Assembly: GCA_047495785.1 (NCBI GenBank)
Contig: JBLDXI010000031.1
Span: 124,001-188,000 of the forward strand
Length of the DNA: 64,000 nucleotides
From: Lepidodermella squamata
Lineage: Eukaryota; Animalia; Gastrotricha
Direction: 5' to 3'
Of this stretch, positions 50,708 to 63,073 are shown piece after piece. Positions within the stretch are counted from its first letter, which is position 1, and each line of letters begins with the position of its first letter. The translations under genes and the position numbers were made by a program. A model generated the notes under the pieces. That model was not told the origin of the DNA, ran no database searches, and saw only the letters and a list, made by a program, of their open reading frames with translations.

Positions 50708-51994
50708 TCAGAAGTATATCATCAAACACGTCGTGATGTCCAATGCCAAACTGAGTATGAGTACAGTAGCAAATGTGATGCCATCCATCAAATCGATCTT
50801 GCGCAAATTCCATCTGGTAAATTTGCTCTCGAGGTATTTCGCAGAGTTGGCGCCGTTCGTCAGCCGACAAGTGACAAGGCAATAAACCGAAACAAACACT
50901 CCGATAGAAATCTGAGCGCTGAAATTGATTTCAAGCCATATGATTTCAGCCGTATCAGGGATATTTTCGGTAAACACGGTCATCAAGAATGATGAAGAGA
51001 GAAAAACAGTTAGCGAGAAAGCAGACCGGTCAGACATTTCAGGCGGCAGAGCGAATACACACAGCTGAAGAATTTGCAGAAGAATCATCGGTAAAATTAT
51101 AGTTGTGATGTAACATTCGACTTTACGAGCTAAGAAAAAGTTGAATTTGATCAATCTCGTATAGTCGTGCAGTGTATCATTCATTTTTAAGAGGCGCCAT
51201 ACATCTGTTTCGGTGAACGCTTGCACTCCAAAATCTTTTTTTCTTGTCAAAGGATCATAGAAAACAAATCCGATTTTATACCATACAAATGAATATACAT
51301 CAAATGTCTCATGGCTGATATCGATCGAGCAAACTTGAGTGTCGAATGGAAATCTTCAACACAAGAAATAGCCGAATGAAATGATGTCATCTCGATAAAC
51401 TCACTTTTTTAACCTGAGGAAACAAGTCGAATCGTACCTGGAAATAACGCTCAAAGATGCTATTCCATCTGCTGTCACCAGTGCCATTTTTCGATCCAGC
51501 CTTGACAAGGTCAAACAATTAAACAATGGATATAACACAATGACGGATAGATATTACCAAAGGAAGGGGTCAATATGGCCGACTCTATTGCTGTGCACCA
51601 TGTTTGGCACCCAAATTTCGTCATTTACCCGATAGCGGCAGTATTGCGGTGTGCTCGAATTTCGCTGCTGGATTTTGCGAATTTCATTTTCGTTCATCCA
51701 TCTAGCGCATTCGGGAAGCCACCATTGAAGGTTAACTTCTGCTTGCATCGAGAAGAGTTGCTTCGTTTCTCTGAGGCCTATGAAGGATATTGGCTGTAGA
51801 CTAATGTTAACTCGTGGTATTTTATCTATGATCTCCGGTTTAATGGCGCTACTGCGAAGGTATGGGCAATTATTTTGCAGATTTTTGCAGAATTTATCAT
51901 CCGGATCTAAATCATTTGCATTAAATCTTTCTGGCCATTGCAGTTCACAGATCACACATGCGTAGAGCAAAAAAAAGACAAGAACGATTGGCAT
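50708..51994 (-). CDS. Divergent Cys-loop channel subunit C (3 exons, intact)
   Basis: Start MPIVLVFFLLYACVIC; CFLRLKK|FPFDTQVC; M2 SDRSAFSLTVFLSSSFLM. Confidence 0.9.
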
Positions 51995-53377
51995 TATTTT
52001 ATTAAAAAAGCAACGCGAACGAACAGTTTGTAAAATGATCGTACGGCGCGTATATTGCATACTAGCCAGAATTGCTATTCTTTAATACAATATTCAATAT
52101 TCAGCTCCATACCAAGCTAGTAAATCAGATAAAACCTAATAAAACCGATGCTATATGGAAACTGAAATCTCCGGCAGTGATGCTGAATTACTCGACTCGG
52201 TTCATCGATTTCGATTGAAAAATCCCGCAAAGCTATCTCAATCAGCCTTATGTGATTATTATCATCAGCCTCAATTAAGGCCCTCAATTAGCCTTCTCAT
52301 TAATAGTTCGCTGAAAACCACAGCGCCACACAAAATACCGAGGTGCAGCAGAAAATAAATAAGCGTCGCACGCGCATCAAATTTCAACCAAAGTGCAACA
52401 CGAATTAACAAGAGCGCAACGCAACGATTTAATCCCGGAAATTTCAAAATACAACGAGTAGAAGTCAATATTATTTCATACAGACTTCATAGAGCCTATT
52501 CCACGGTCTAACTAGGACGCCCCCTTAAAGAGAATTTTTAGGTCCCGTACCCAGCTAGGCCGCATTCGCAGCCAAATTTTCAGTCCAATTTTTGGCTGAA
52601 TTCGATTAAAGGTAATTTTTATTATTATTTTAAAATTCAAACGTTTCACGTGAAAATTGATAACGTTGAGGGGTTTCTAACTAACTTTGGACTACGTCCC
52701 ACAAGAAACTGGGTACTCACATGGACACCATTTATAATTCGGTGTTTCAAATCGGGGGATTAGTGTTTCACCTCTTCAAAAATCTGTTGCACTTAGGTTG
52801 AGTTGCGTGTCGCATTCATTTATTCAGGTTGCAAATCGCGCGCGCATGCGCCCACTTGTCCCTTGATGCGGCGCACTAATTATTTGCGTTGCGTAATCGC
52901 TGCTGCAAGTGGTGTATTCCTGTGACGCTTGGTGGTGAGCCAGTATAGTTACTCCTTAATACTTGTGTACCACGTGGATTGGATACGCAAGTCACAAATT
53001 CAGGAGAAAATGGCAAGGCGTAATCGAGTATGTAGCAAAATGTTAAAATTTTTAAAATTTTCGATTCTGAGACACAGACAAAAAGGTTCGTTTTTATGAA
53101 CTTATTTTTTGAGATCTTTCTCATATTGGTTCGTACTGTTAATGTTAATGGTCATGCTAATGCAAAATAACCTTTCTCAATACTACAATATTTAATATTC
53201 CGATCCATTCCGAGTTACGGTTCCGAATTGTAGATCGAATGGTCCCCTCGGGATTTACTGTCGTAGCCAGACTAGCGTCTGAGCACTGCAAGCAGCTTTA
53301 GGACATCACATTTTTCCATTCGCAATTTCGCAAGCGTGACCACCGCGAATCCTGTCAACAAATTAGACAGGAATTTT

Positions 53378-53493
53378 TCAATTTTTACAGAATTGATCAT
53401 CTGGGTCCAGTTCATTCGCTTTGAATTTACCTGCCCGGACATGGAAATGGTGGGATCTGCAAAGAACAGAATGATCAAAAACGCAGGAGCCAT
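53378..53493 (-). pseudogene. Cys-loop channel 5' fragment D
   Basis: Promoter motif, signal peptide MAPAFLIILFFA and a frameshifted EFKANELDPDDQFC homologous to copy A, then truncation. Confidence 0.75.
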
Positions 53494-54195
53494 GCTGAAA
53501 TGTATTAAGCTAGCCTTGGCGACCTTGGCGAAAGCTCTATACATTGTCGATCCCGGATATTGCATTCTCTTCGCGAAAATGTTTCATCATGACTGCAATT
53601 ATAATGAGCTGGAGTCTTTTCAGAATTATGCTAGGGAAATCATTGATTATATCGTTGCCAATATCGAAGCAATTGAAGTCTATTATGAAGTACTTACGAC
53701 GGGGAAACGTAAAACGTTCCACACCAATTGATTTTTCACCTGAATTTAGTTTTACTGCGTGGCTCGGCTCTTTACAACAAAAAGCCAAAAACAATCCGCC
53801 AAAAACTAGCATTTGTTAGAGCCATTCAACAGCAGAATTGGCTTACGGTATTATTTGCCCCATTTTCGCTCTGTCATATTATGCTTGATCACTTTTCCCG
53901 CAGTTTAACGGTTTGAAGAGGCATCGTAGCTCGTAGCTAAGAATGCGTGCGAGCCGTTAAGATAACAAAAATCTTTGAAGCCGCACATGGATGTTAGTGC
54001 GTTCTGCTGGGTGGGAATGTAAAAGTTACCGGACATCGATGTCGCGAACAAGCTGGGTCGAAAGGCAATATAATATAAGTTACCACAATGTCGAATGTAT
54101 TTCCATGTGTAATTATACATTTTTCAACTCAACCCCTGTGGACAATCACATTATTGGAAATGAAATATTAAATGTAAATAGAATGTGCTACGTAG

Positions 54196-55454
54196 TCAGA
54201 AGTATATAATCAAACAGGTGGTGATGTCGAGCACCAGACAGACCGCCGATATCGTAGCGAACGTGATAGCATCCATCAAATCGATCTTACACAAATACCA
54301 TCTGGTAACTTTACACTCGACGTATTTCGCATAGTTGGCGCCGTTCGTCAGCCGACAAGTGACAAGGCAATAAATAGAGACAAAAACACCGATAGAAATT
54401 TGAAAAGCGAAATTGACCTCGAGCCATATGATTTCGGAAGTGTCAGGGAAATTGTCGGTGATCATGGTCATCAAGAAAGTCGACGACAGAAAGATTGTTA
54501 GCGAAAAACCGGATCGATCTGACATATCAGCAGGTAGAGCAAATAGAGACAGCTGAAGAATTTTCAGTAAGATCATCGGTAACATTATAGTGGTGATATA
54601 GCATTCAGCTTTACGGGCCATGATGAAGGTGAACTTGACCAATTTATCCGAGTCATGCCGTGTTGCATTCGTTTCTAGCAGTCGCCAAACATCCGCGTCG
54701 GAGAACTCCGTCATTCCAGGGTCAAACTCCCTCGCAATAGGATCTAGACCTCCGAAAGCCTGGCCAACAAAGGTAACAACGTATTTCTCGAACCTCTCAG
54801 TTGCTATGTCTATCGAGCAAGTTTGGGTATCGAATGGAAATCTCAAAGAAAGTAAGAAGAAACACTTCAATAATTTTAAGCATTCAGGCATTCTCACTTT
54901 TTGAACCGGAGAAAACAAGTCGAATCGTATCTTGAAATGACGCTCAAAGATGCTTTTCCACTATTTGTTACATACACCTTTTTCTGATCGGTCCTATGTA
55001 CATAAATATTGAATAATTTTTATCAATTGTGTTTAGGAAGCTACTACCATAGAAATGGATCAATGTTGCCGACTCTATTGCTGTGCACCAAATGTGGCAC
55101 CCAAATTTCGTCCTTCGCTCGATAGAAGCAGAAGTGAGGACTCTGCAAAGGAATAGATTCCCATCTAGCGCATTTCGGAAGCATCCATTGAACCATAACT
55201 TCCGCTTGCATTGAAAACAGTTGCTCGGTATCGCTGAGACCGATGAATGATTGCGGCCGAAGGCGTACCATTACCGTGACTCTCTCGCTATGCAGCATGG
55301 GCTCAGCAGTAGCAATTCGAAGGTAAGGGCAGGAGGCTTGCAATGTTGTGCAGAATTCATCAATAGGTTGCAATTCTGTCGCCTTGCATATCTCAGATGA
55401 ATTCAAACAACAAGTAAAGCCTGCGAAGATCGGCAGAATGAAGTTGGAAGGCAT
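54196..55454 (-). CDS. Divergent Cys-loop channel subunit E (3 exons, intact; alternative ATG at 55469)
   Basis: CFLRFKK|FPFDTQTC; M2 SDRSGFSLTIFLSSTFLM. Confidence 0.88.
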
Positions 55455-56682
55455 TTCAAAAGACTGCATGAAATCTGAGATAACGAGCTCACATATGAGC
55501 TTATTGAACCCGGAACCCGGATATTATTGCAAACTTCCGCCATCGGTTTCCTCCATCGCATTGTAAAATAAAGTTTCGGCCAAAAAAATCAGATTCCAAA
55601 AATACAACGCGAAAACATGTCACATGATAACCTCTGACACAATAGCATTGTCGTAAGTCGTAAGTCGCATGGTCTGTTCACCCTGTGCTCGAGCCTTTAA
55701 CTTTTCCTGTTGTTATTGATTATTGATTTTGCTTTTGTTTTTGATGGTTCGTTGCTCCTAAATTATTGCTAACAAATGTATAGGAAATTGAAGGACAAAG
55801 AAATGATTTTCATTTCATTTCGTAAGCTTCTGGTCTTCAGCACAAAATTCAATCCGGTAACTTTCGAGTAATTCGAGATTCAACGTTTATTCGAGCGAAA
55901 TGAGGAAGTTTTTGAATTTGCCACTAGATTAATCACCAAAACCCCCTAAAAATGTCGATACCACGGACTTTTCCACTCGTCACTTCGATATGGTTGGGTG
56001 ATTATGGAGCGAGTCAAAATATGGTTACTATGAAGATTCCTGATGACTTGGATATTCCAAATCTTTCTAAAACAGGGTTTCTTTAACGGTTGCCTAACTC
56101 CTACGTTACAGGACTCAGCCTCAGGCTTGCAGTACCCTACGATCATGCCTTCTAGGAAACAATATCAAAATCAGTAAAATTTGGTTGGGAATAAGCATAA
56201 TTTATTGAGCGACAATTGATTGTTTTATATTTTCCTTGATCACGCGTAACTTTTGCTGACTGTACAAGCAAATGGAGGAAATTGTTTGACTCATTCATTG
56301 AAAGTTGGAAGATGAGCTGAAGCGCTTCAAAAGTTTTAATATCCACAATCATCGCTTGATAATTTTTTGTTTATTTTTGGCCTGGAAATGGTCCAACATG
56401 TCTTGTTCCTTCGTGTGGATCTTTCATTTCTTCTGATGTCATGATATTTTGCCATCGGACACAGTTCGGGTAACGCTGCTGTAATGTTTCTCTAACAGTG
56501 GCAATAAATTCTATAATTTTCTACTATGTACCCGATCGAGATGGGGTGTCATGCACTCCAGCACCCCTGTTCTTCGCACCCGGGTTATCGATGGGCGTAC
56601 ACATATAAATACATTTCCTTATAAGCTTTAACATTAGCATTAGCATGTAGAATATGAGCTCCAAATACGATACACCAAGCAG

Positions 56683-58055
56683 TCAAAAGTATATCATCAA
56701 ACAAGTCGTGATGTCTAAGGCCACACAGAGCATCAATACAGCAGTAAACGCGATGCCATCCATCAAATCGATCTTGCGCAGGTTCCATCTTGTAAATTTG
56801 CACTCGAGGTATTTCTCCGAGTTGGTGCCGTTCGTCAGCCGACAAGTGACAAGGCAATAAATCGAAACAAACACGCCGATAGAAATTTGAACAGCGAAAT
56901 TGACCTCCAGCCATATGATTTCAGCAGTGTCAGGTATATTATCGGTAATCACAGTCATCAAGAATGACGACGAGAGAAAAATTGTTAGCGAAAAACCAGA
57001 TCGATCAGACTTTTCAGCAGGTAGAGCGAATACAGACAACTGAAGAATTTTCAGAAGAACCATCGGTAACATAACAGTCGTAATGTAGCATTCAGCTCTA
57101 CGAGATAAGTAGAAGTTGAATTTGATCAACGATTGCGATTCCTGCGACGTAGAATTTAATGCTACAAGTCGCCAAATGTCGTTGGGGAGACCTTTTAATC
57201 CGTCATGTTCCTCTCCGGAGATTGGGTCTTTGAACTTGAATCCCCGGCCATGCCATGCAAATGAGTATTTGTCGAATGTTTCAGGGCTAATTTCTATCGA
57301 GCAAACTTGGGTATCGAATGGGAATCTTGAATACACAGAAAGATATCTTAACGACTTGATAAAATCTCGCCTAACTCACTTCTTGAACCTGAGGAAACAG
57401 GTCGAATCGTATCTTGAAATAGCGCTCAAAAACGCGGAACCTGTTGCTGCAACGAATACCATTTTTCTATCCGGCCTTGTTAAGTTTAATAGCTTAACGA
57501 TAGTTTAACAGTTTTTTTATTCCAGTTACCAAAGGAAAGGGTCAATGTAGCCGACCCTATTTCTGTGGACCATGTTTGGCACCCATATTTCGTCCTTTAC
57601 CCGATAGCGGCAGTATTTCGGTTTGCTGGAATTTTGCTTCTGGATTTCTTCTTTGGACATCCATTTTGCGCATTCAGGAAGCTTCCATTCAAAAGTAACT
57701 TCTGCTTGCATCGAGAAGAGCTGCTTAGCATCGCTGAGGCCAAATGTCATTGGTTGTAAGCGAATGTCAACTCGCGGTTTCAAACCATTTATATACGGTT
57801 TAATGGTAGCTCTGCGAAGGTAGGGGCAGTAACTTTGCATATTTTTACAGAATTTATCATCCGGATCTATATATCATGGCCTGGCTTGTATAATTGAATT
57901 AAAAAAATCTGCTGCGGAAAAAAGTAAAATCTGCTGCTGAAAAAAGAGCTATCCTTATCATCCGGATCAGAATCATTTGCACTAAATTTTTCTGGCCGTT
58001 CAAAGCCGCAGGTCACTCCTGTGTAGAGAAGAATAATGAACAAAACGATTGGCAT
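56683..58055 (-). pseudogene. Cys-loop channel subunit F with a 101-bp frameshifting insertion in exon 1 (otherwise intact)
   Basis: ttatcatccggatc duplicated at 57854-57867 and 57955-57968 around 87 foreign bp. The remaining exons are open. Confidence 0.7.
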
Positions 58056-58239
58056 TTGTCCTACAACAAGCAAAAAAACTTATATTACCTATGTTATATT
58101 TTATCGTGTTATATCATCGTTCAACTCGGATATTGCGTACCCTCCAAAATCTTTTTTATTTACTACAATATTTATTATTCAGCTTCATACCGCGCGAGGG
58201 AAGCAAAGGCCGTAGATGTTTAGATCGGAAAAAAGTTTG

Positions 58240-59432
58240 AAACAGACAACTGAAGAACTTTGAGGAGAACCATCGGCAACGTAATAGTAGTTATATAGCA
58301 TTCGCCGTTACGAGCCTAGATGAAATTGAAACTCATCAATCTGTTAAAGAGGGCTGTGATCGAAAGAGTAATAAATTTGTTATAAATTTATTTTTTGCTT
58401 ATAACGCTAATATAAATCGCTCGCGCTAAGTTTTATGTGAAGCAAAAAAATACTGTGATTTTTTGCTGCTGTTTGAGTTCTAATATTCTCTTACGTTATT
58501 CACGTCATTTGGGTCATTTCCTTCATTCATAAATTTTGACATTGCGCGCAGAGGTGAAACGCTGCCCTCGCGGTCTGCATAGCCAATGGCCTCAAGACGA
58601 TGTTCCAATTCTTTTGTTGAATCTGGAAAGCTAGTTTTTACCATTTTTCTCAAGAAAATAATCGTGATACAAAAACTACCAAAAGCTAACTCGATTTTCA
58701 ATCCGCCAATAGCCGCATTTTTCGTGTCACAAACTACCTGTATGCTGATGCCTTTCTTTTGTGATTTTAATCACAAACGAGTTTTCCCCAGCTTGAAAAA
58801 TTTACCCTCTCACGCCTTATTTGGCATAACATTGAAGTGCCTCGTAAAAGCTGCCATTTCGAATGATGCAATAGCTAGATTTCAAGTCATCGAATGATTG
58901 TGGAATTTGTCAAAGGAGAAAAATATTTCTCAGGGGTAATGCCAGCTTCTATAGCTTCTTATTCTGCTGAGAAAGCTGTTAGATACCAGTTAAAAGGTAA
59001 CAGGTGTGCGATGAAATTGAATGATAACCCTCAATCTATCATATATTTTGAAACTCGTGATTCGATTTACCGGTTTATCGAAAACGATCTGCTGAAACTA
59101 GTGATAATAACTGTAGTAAAGAATGCAATTGAAGCAACAGAATAGGCAAAATAGGCAATAATATAGCACCAACAATAAAAAGTGTACGATAGATTTTTTT
59201 TCTGTGTCGCACTATAACGTCATTATAATGTTGTTATAAGTCTTATTTATGTACGATCACAGCCCTCAAAGTCTTGCGTTGTAACATTCTTTTCTACATG
59301 TCTGTGTCGGAGAGATGTCTGTACTCCGTGTTCTTCCATTCTAGTCAAAGATCTTTGAAATAAAATCCGCAGTAATACCATTCAAATGAATATTTCTTGA
59401 ATGTCTCAGAGCTCATGTCAATCGAGCAAACA
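58240..59432 (-). pseudogene. Degraded Cys-loop channel exon-3 fragment G, split by a TIR element
   Basis: Remnants CSIDMSSETF..YSF at 59380-59432 and FNFI*ARNGECYITTITLPMVLLKVLQLSVF at 58240-58335. Confidence 0.75.
58349..59267. mobile_element. Non-autonomous TIR element (919 bp)
   Basis: 14-bp TIR gagggctgtgatcg / cgatcacagccctc. aaa on both flanks. Interrupts channel fragment G. Confidence 0.8.
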
Positions 59433-59802
59433 TGGATGCAAACTTGGGGCGAACAGCGAACTTAAATTACCTATTCATTCAAATTTCAAATTGAGTCAAA
59501 AGAAGCGTTTCCTTCAGCGGTACTTACTATAAAGTTTTTACCTGAAAGGGCCCGGGATACCTCCACTGGGCTCCCGGGGTCTTAACTTCAATACACGCCC
59601 CTCCCATTTCCTACTTCAACAAAGATAGGAAAAAAGCACAAGATTCCCGCGTTGGACCCACCATACTCCACAAGTGTAATAAAATATGCGAGAGAGTTTG
59701 AAAACACTGATTGCAAGAACTGCGCAATTATTAATACCAATGCTGGCACTATCAGTTCGGTTTAATAATAAACATATCCATCTAATAAAAATCACCACGC
59801 CA

Positions 59803-61083
59803 TCAAACAAGGTATATTATCAAACAAGTCGTAATGTCTAGCAGCAAGCATAGCGACAACGTCGTAGCAAACGCAATGAAATCCATAATATTGATTTTTC
59901 GAAAATTCCATCTGGTAAATTTGCACTCGAGGTATTTCTCCGAGTTGGTGCCGTTTGTCAGCCGACAAGTGACGAGGCAATAAATCGAAACAAACACCCC
60001 TATTGTAATCTGAACAGCGAAATTGACCTCTAACCATATGATTTCTGCAGTGTCAGGAATATTGTCTGTAATCACACTCATCAAGAAGAATGACGAAAGA
60101 AAAACTGTTAGCGAAAAAACGGAACGATCAGACATTTCAGCCGGTAGAGTGAATACAGACAGCTGAAGAATTTTCAGAAGAACCATCGGTAACAAAACAG
60201 TCGCAATGTAGCATTCGGTTTTACGAGATAAATAGAAGTTAAATTTTACCAACATATCAGAATCGCCGAACGATGCGTTCGCTGCCAAAAGGCGCCAAAT
60301 GTCGGCGTCAGAGAAAGCTCTGACTTTTGAATCTAACACTCCGGTGAACGGGTGTCGAGTGTCCAATTCTCGCCCGACATATGTAAGCGCGAATTTCTCA
60401 AATTGATCAATGCCTATGATTATCGAACAGACTTGGTTATCAAATGGGAATCTTTTAAATAAAAATAAAACATTTTAATGATTTTCACGGTTTTAAATGG
60501 ACTCACTTTTTGAACCTAAGGAAACAGGTCGAATCGAATTTCGAAATAACGCTCAAAGAAGCTGTACCATTTGCTGTCACAAATACAGTTTTTTGATCCG
60601 GCCTTCGTAAGATGAACGGAGAATATTAAGCTTAAAAGATAGTCTGAAATCTTATTACCACAGAAATGGATCGATGCTGCCAACTCTGTTGCTGTGAACA
60701 ATTTGCGGTACCCATATTTCATCCTTTACTCGATAACAGCAGTAATTAGGAGCGTTCCGGTTTTTTGGCTTGATTTCAGTTTTGTTTATCCATTTAGCGC
60801 ATTCAGGAAGCCTCCATTGAAGGTTAACTTCGGCTTGCATCGATAAAAGTTGCTTTATATCGCTCAGGCCAATGAATGATATCGGCTGAAGGCGAATGGT
60901 AATCCAGGACTTTTCAATGAGCTGTCTAGGTTTAGCAGTGGTGCTGCGAAGATACGGGCAATAAGTTTGCAATTCCTTACAGAATTCTACATTCGGAGCT
61001 AATTCATTTGCCTTTGATTGGCGCATGGCATACCTAGACGGCACGCCTGAGCAGAGCAGAAGCAAAAAAGCAGCGCGTAGCAT
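59803..61083 (-). CDS. Divergent Cys-loop channel subunit H (3 exons, intact)
   Basis: MLRAAFLLLLCSG; CFLRFKK|FPFDNQVC; M2 SDRSVFSLTVFLSSFFLM. Confidence 0.9.
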
Positions 61084-61894
61084 TTTTCTTTTCAACATTC
61101 AACCCAAACATAAGGTCTATATATCGGTGAACCCGGATATTGCATGCCATGGCGAATGATTGATGTGGACTTCGTTTCAGTATGAGATAAGCGGCTCCAC
61201 GCAATGCTAAATTCTATCGCATAGGAACTCTAACAAAATGTTGACAGCGAATTTGGTATGCAAGCCGTCATTTTGGCAGTTTTGGAATTTGCGCAGCTGC
61301 AATTGAAGCCTGAAACTAATTTGACCCAAGAGTGCTAACCTCACTATATAAAGGTCTAGAGTGAGCCCGGTAATTCCGGACTTAGTTTTCAAGCTCGAGC
61401 TCGGTTTTTCATCTCTACTTATTAAAATAAATTTCGGCTTCTTCGTGGCCAGGACAGGCTCATTGCCAAGTTTGGGTCTAAGTTCGCCCGTCATCTGTGA
61501 CCCAAATATAATATCCGCGAAAGATTCTTTTTTACCGATGTCGTTGCTCCGAGTTCGAAAATCGGATATCAGTATAATGCTTTAATCTTTGAACATCAGC
61601 GGCAGTCAATTTGCAGTCTTTTTGGTGTCAATTCGAGGAACAATTCTAATAAGTAATCAACAACGACGCTGGGCGCTGGGCTATATTTTAACGACTGATT
61701 TCCATTTTACAGTATGTTTTCGTGCAAAACCGGTTTTTTTAAACGAGATGTAACGACAGTGAAAAGAGGGACAAGACAATTTAGACTGCTACCAAGACAA
61801 ATCTATTGAAAACAAACCACCAACGAAATCGATATCCCTTGAAATCATTACTAATCATCAAATATTTCTTCAGTATTGTGAGCGTCGCGATCCT

Positions 61895-62792
61895 CTAAGA
61901 GAGTGATGATTCGTGATTCGTAACCTTACGATCTCCATTTCTCCAGTTCAGGATCACCAAGCTGCTGAAAGATAAGATAAAAGCCCCGAAAGCCACAGCA
62001 ATGCATCTAGCAACGGCACCTGGCAAAGCAAGAACAATCAGCACTGAGCCGATAAGTATCGTTGGATTATTGACCAAAGCCATATTTGTTCGATCGATAG
62101 ACGCTGGAACTGGCTTACCAACTCGGCGGAGGTTCGTCTTTATTTTATAAAAATTCCATATTTTGGAGAGCAAAGTAACCAGATGCAAACAAGGCAGCCC
62201 AAACGCCCAGATTGGGGTCTATTGAACTACGGCCTGGGCATCCGCCTCAACTAAGCCCTTGTCAGTGTAGCTCATGTTCCCAATGCGGAGGCCTTGGATG
62301 TTAGTATTGAGAAGAGACTCGTTCACAGCTTTCGTGACGATTTCGGGGTTCGTTTGATAATTAGCTACGGATACGTTTTGCTTCTTCAGCTAGATATCCG
62401 CATTGTGAAGTGCATGCAGGCCTTTGAGGATATAGTCATGCATCAAAAATCGGTGTCATGCATCAGAAAACACCACTCAGAACGAATGTTTGGGGGTAAG
62501 CTGCTGCGCCGATCCAGTCCAAAATGCTTGTAGAAACTGCTGTGCCTCCCTCCTACAGCCGTGAACTTCCGGGGCCAGGCGATACGGATTGTCAACGGTG
62601 CTGTAGTTCACGATGAAAACTTATCTCGGACCCGTGATTCCAGCTTTGAAGGCTTGGCATAGAAATCTGTGGACAATTACGTAAATTGACAATTTGAAGT
62701 AAATATATTGATTATTCTGATCTAGCGTTTTGATTGCCTCAGTCACTTGATCATTGATCTCAACTATAGCAGTTAAATAGGCGACATTTAAC
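61895..62792 (-). pseudogene. Class C GPCR pseudogene, paralog of 20589-22940
   Basis: VIVHRFLCQAFKAGITGPR*VF aligns to AIVTKFLCEAYKVGLTGPRYVY, and LHALHNADI*LK to LLALHDADMRLK. Contains stops, frameshifts and deletions. Confidence 0.8.
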
Positions 62793-63073
62793 TTACAAAA
62801 GGGCTCATCGATTGACAGTCCGTGGAAAACTTTGGTCAGAGGATCAATGGAGAGGCAGTGTAGGTGTTCATAGATTCGTCATAGAATTCGATGATAGCTC
62901 GCGGAGCCAGACAAGCTGACGTCACCAGAAGACAGGCAGGCAAACGGAAGGCGGCGGTGTCAAGGGCTGAACCGAGGCGGATGACGGCGAGCCAGCGGTA
63001 GCCAGTTGTAGCAAAAACACGTTCGAAGGTAAAAAACTAAGGCTTACTATTTGAAGGCTAAAGCTAAAGGACC

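Noticed and set aside
37790-56585. Inverted 45-bp similarity (37790-37835 vs 56538-56585) as ends of a giant transposon carrying the channel array
   Set aside because: Divergent, no TSD found, and the array extends beyond it; more likely independent MITE ends.
252-58989. Genome-wide TGA reassignment
   Set aside because: Intact genes here end in TGA (GPCR, several channels, DLH) and use TGG for Trp.
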